17,514 nt of DNA from Candidatus Firestoneibacteriota bacterium (GTDB lineage: Bacteria > Oederibacteriota > D2-FULL-39-29 > JBDRBU01), in assembly GCA_043822305.1 (NCBI GenBank), contig JBDRBU010000096.1, forward strand, positions 1 through 17,514, written 5' to 3'. The notes beneath the pieces are model-generated. The model had not been told where the DNA came from and made no database searches. It saw only the letters and a program-made list of their open reading frames with translations. Of the stretch, positions 16,686 to 17,514 are shown one piece after another. Position 1 is the first letter of the stretch. Each line of letters opens with the position of its first letter. A program made the position numbers and the translations under genes.

Positions 16686-16696
16686 CATTGATATAT

Positions 16697-16726
16697 AGAT
16701 TACTATGCGGTAACCCTCTTTGTCAA
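16697..16726 (-). promoter_or_regulatory. Candidate sigma70 promoter for the FGGY kinase
   Basis: Minus strand TTGACA (16726-16721), 18-nt spacer, TAATCT. Confidence 0.45.
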
Positions 16727-16737
16727 CAAAAAAAATG

Positions 16738-16882
16738 GTAAGTATTCAGTGAAAGCCCTCTTAATTTTTTTATGATATAAATGGAATCGGGGTCGTCCCT
16801 GACCCCGACATACCTTATATTCACAATAAAAACTAACGCAGACTAAAGCCTGCGGCTACCAAACCATGCACCTTTCACTGAC
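16738..16882. mobile_element. Second MITE-like element (intact left end, degenerate right end) carrying two REP-like palindromes
   Basis: 16738-16761 matches 6071-6094 at 23 of 24 positions. Partial right end CTTTCACTGAC at 16872-16882. Contains TCGGGGTC-GTCCCT-GACCCCGA (16787-16808) and a GTAG REP (16837-16860). Confidence 0.6.
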
Positions 16883-16897
16883 CCATGGCAAATGTAA

Positions 16898-17374
16898 TTA
16901 TTTCTCTTCAAATTTAACTACTGTAAAAGTGTAAATAACAGTATCTTTATCCTTCCAAGCATTGGCAGGAAGTCCTGCTTTATCGCCACATAAATGGTTT
17001 AAAAATTCCTCTTTACTCCATCCTGTTTCTGTTGCAACCTGGGGCAAGAAAATTCCTGAATTTCCACTTTTTTCCACTATGACACCATCTCTTCCCATCT
17101 TTATTTCTTCAATTTCTTTAATTTTTTTTAAAGGTGAGAGAACCGATATTTCAATCTTAATATCTTTTAGTTCTTCTTTTGTTACTCTTGAAAAACGATA
17201 ATCATTAAAAGCAGCTGATAATGCCATCTGAGAGATAGTTTCATATAAAGGAAGTTGTGCAACTAAATGGCCAATACACCCTCTTAAATTACCATTCTTC
17301 CTCAAGGTTACAAAAGCCGCTCTTTTTTCATATAGTATCTTTGATTCTGGTTTAAATTTTTTCACTTTACCATC
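16898..17374 (-). pseudogene. AMMECR1 domain / AmmeMemoRadiSam system protein A, probably 5'-truncated
   Basis: AAFVTLRKNGNLRGCIG, SAAFNDYRF, EISVLSP, FLPQVA and LCGDKAG. The usual N-terminal helix is absent. The frame extends upstream through DGK and then hits a stop at 17396-17398; no clear RBS for GTG 17365. Confidence 0.65.
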
Positions 17375-17463
17375 CGGGAAAATTTTGCGATGGTGTCAGT
17401 AAAGATGATATAGGAGTTGTGTATAGCATGGCCTCCTGATAGAATAGAAATAAAGGAGGAAAA

Positions 17464-17514
17464 ATGGACGAAATTGTAAAGAAAGCCGGCAGGAAAAAGT
17501 ACAATGCAGAGGAA
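17464..17514 (+). mobile_element. Start of a probable IS3-family transposase OrfA (runs off the right edge)
   Basis: AAGGAGG RBS at 17453-17459, then MDEIVKKAGRKKYNAEE, resembling the R-x-x-Y-[ST]-x-E-[EF]-K start of HTH_Tnp_1 domains. Only 17 codons are visible. Confidence 0.5.

Noticed and set aside
17390..17404. GTCAGTAAAG as another MITE end
   Set aside because: It lacks the GTAA terminus and the match is short; it may belong to the IS end or be chance.

Overview
AT-rich bacterial window with most genes on the minus strand. From the left it holds a type III restriction-modification locus (partial res, an intervening Bro-N gene, mod), nadX and panD, and a RelE/ParE-type toxin-antitoxin pair. 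Next come a GlcD/GlcF-like 2-hydroxyacid dehydrogenase pair, a DUF1844 protein, a GH38 alpha-mannosidase and an extended SDR. The SDR is divergent from a Bacteroides-type serine palmitoyltransferase-like enzyme, the only long plus-strand gene. The right end has an FGGY kinase, a probably 5'-truncated AMMECR1 (AmmeMemoRadiSam protein A) gene and the start of a probable IS3-family transposase. The non-coding DNA is rich in small repeats: at least four palindromic REP-like families and small elements with GTAA...TTAC inverted ends that enclose different REP families. Three observations stand out: (1) two copies of an intergenic palindromic repeat lie in frame inside the methyltransferase and are read in two different frames; (2) the same MITE-like ends wrap interchangeable REP cargo; (3) a candidate sphingolipid Spt/CerR pair shares a palindromic double -10 promoter, and the Spt has an unusual basic N-terminal extension. 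All family calls come from motif recognition by eye; no searches were run.
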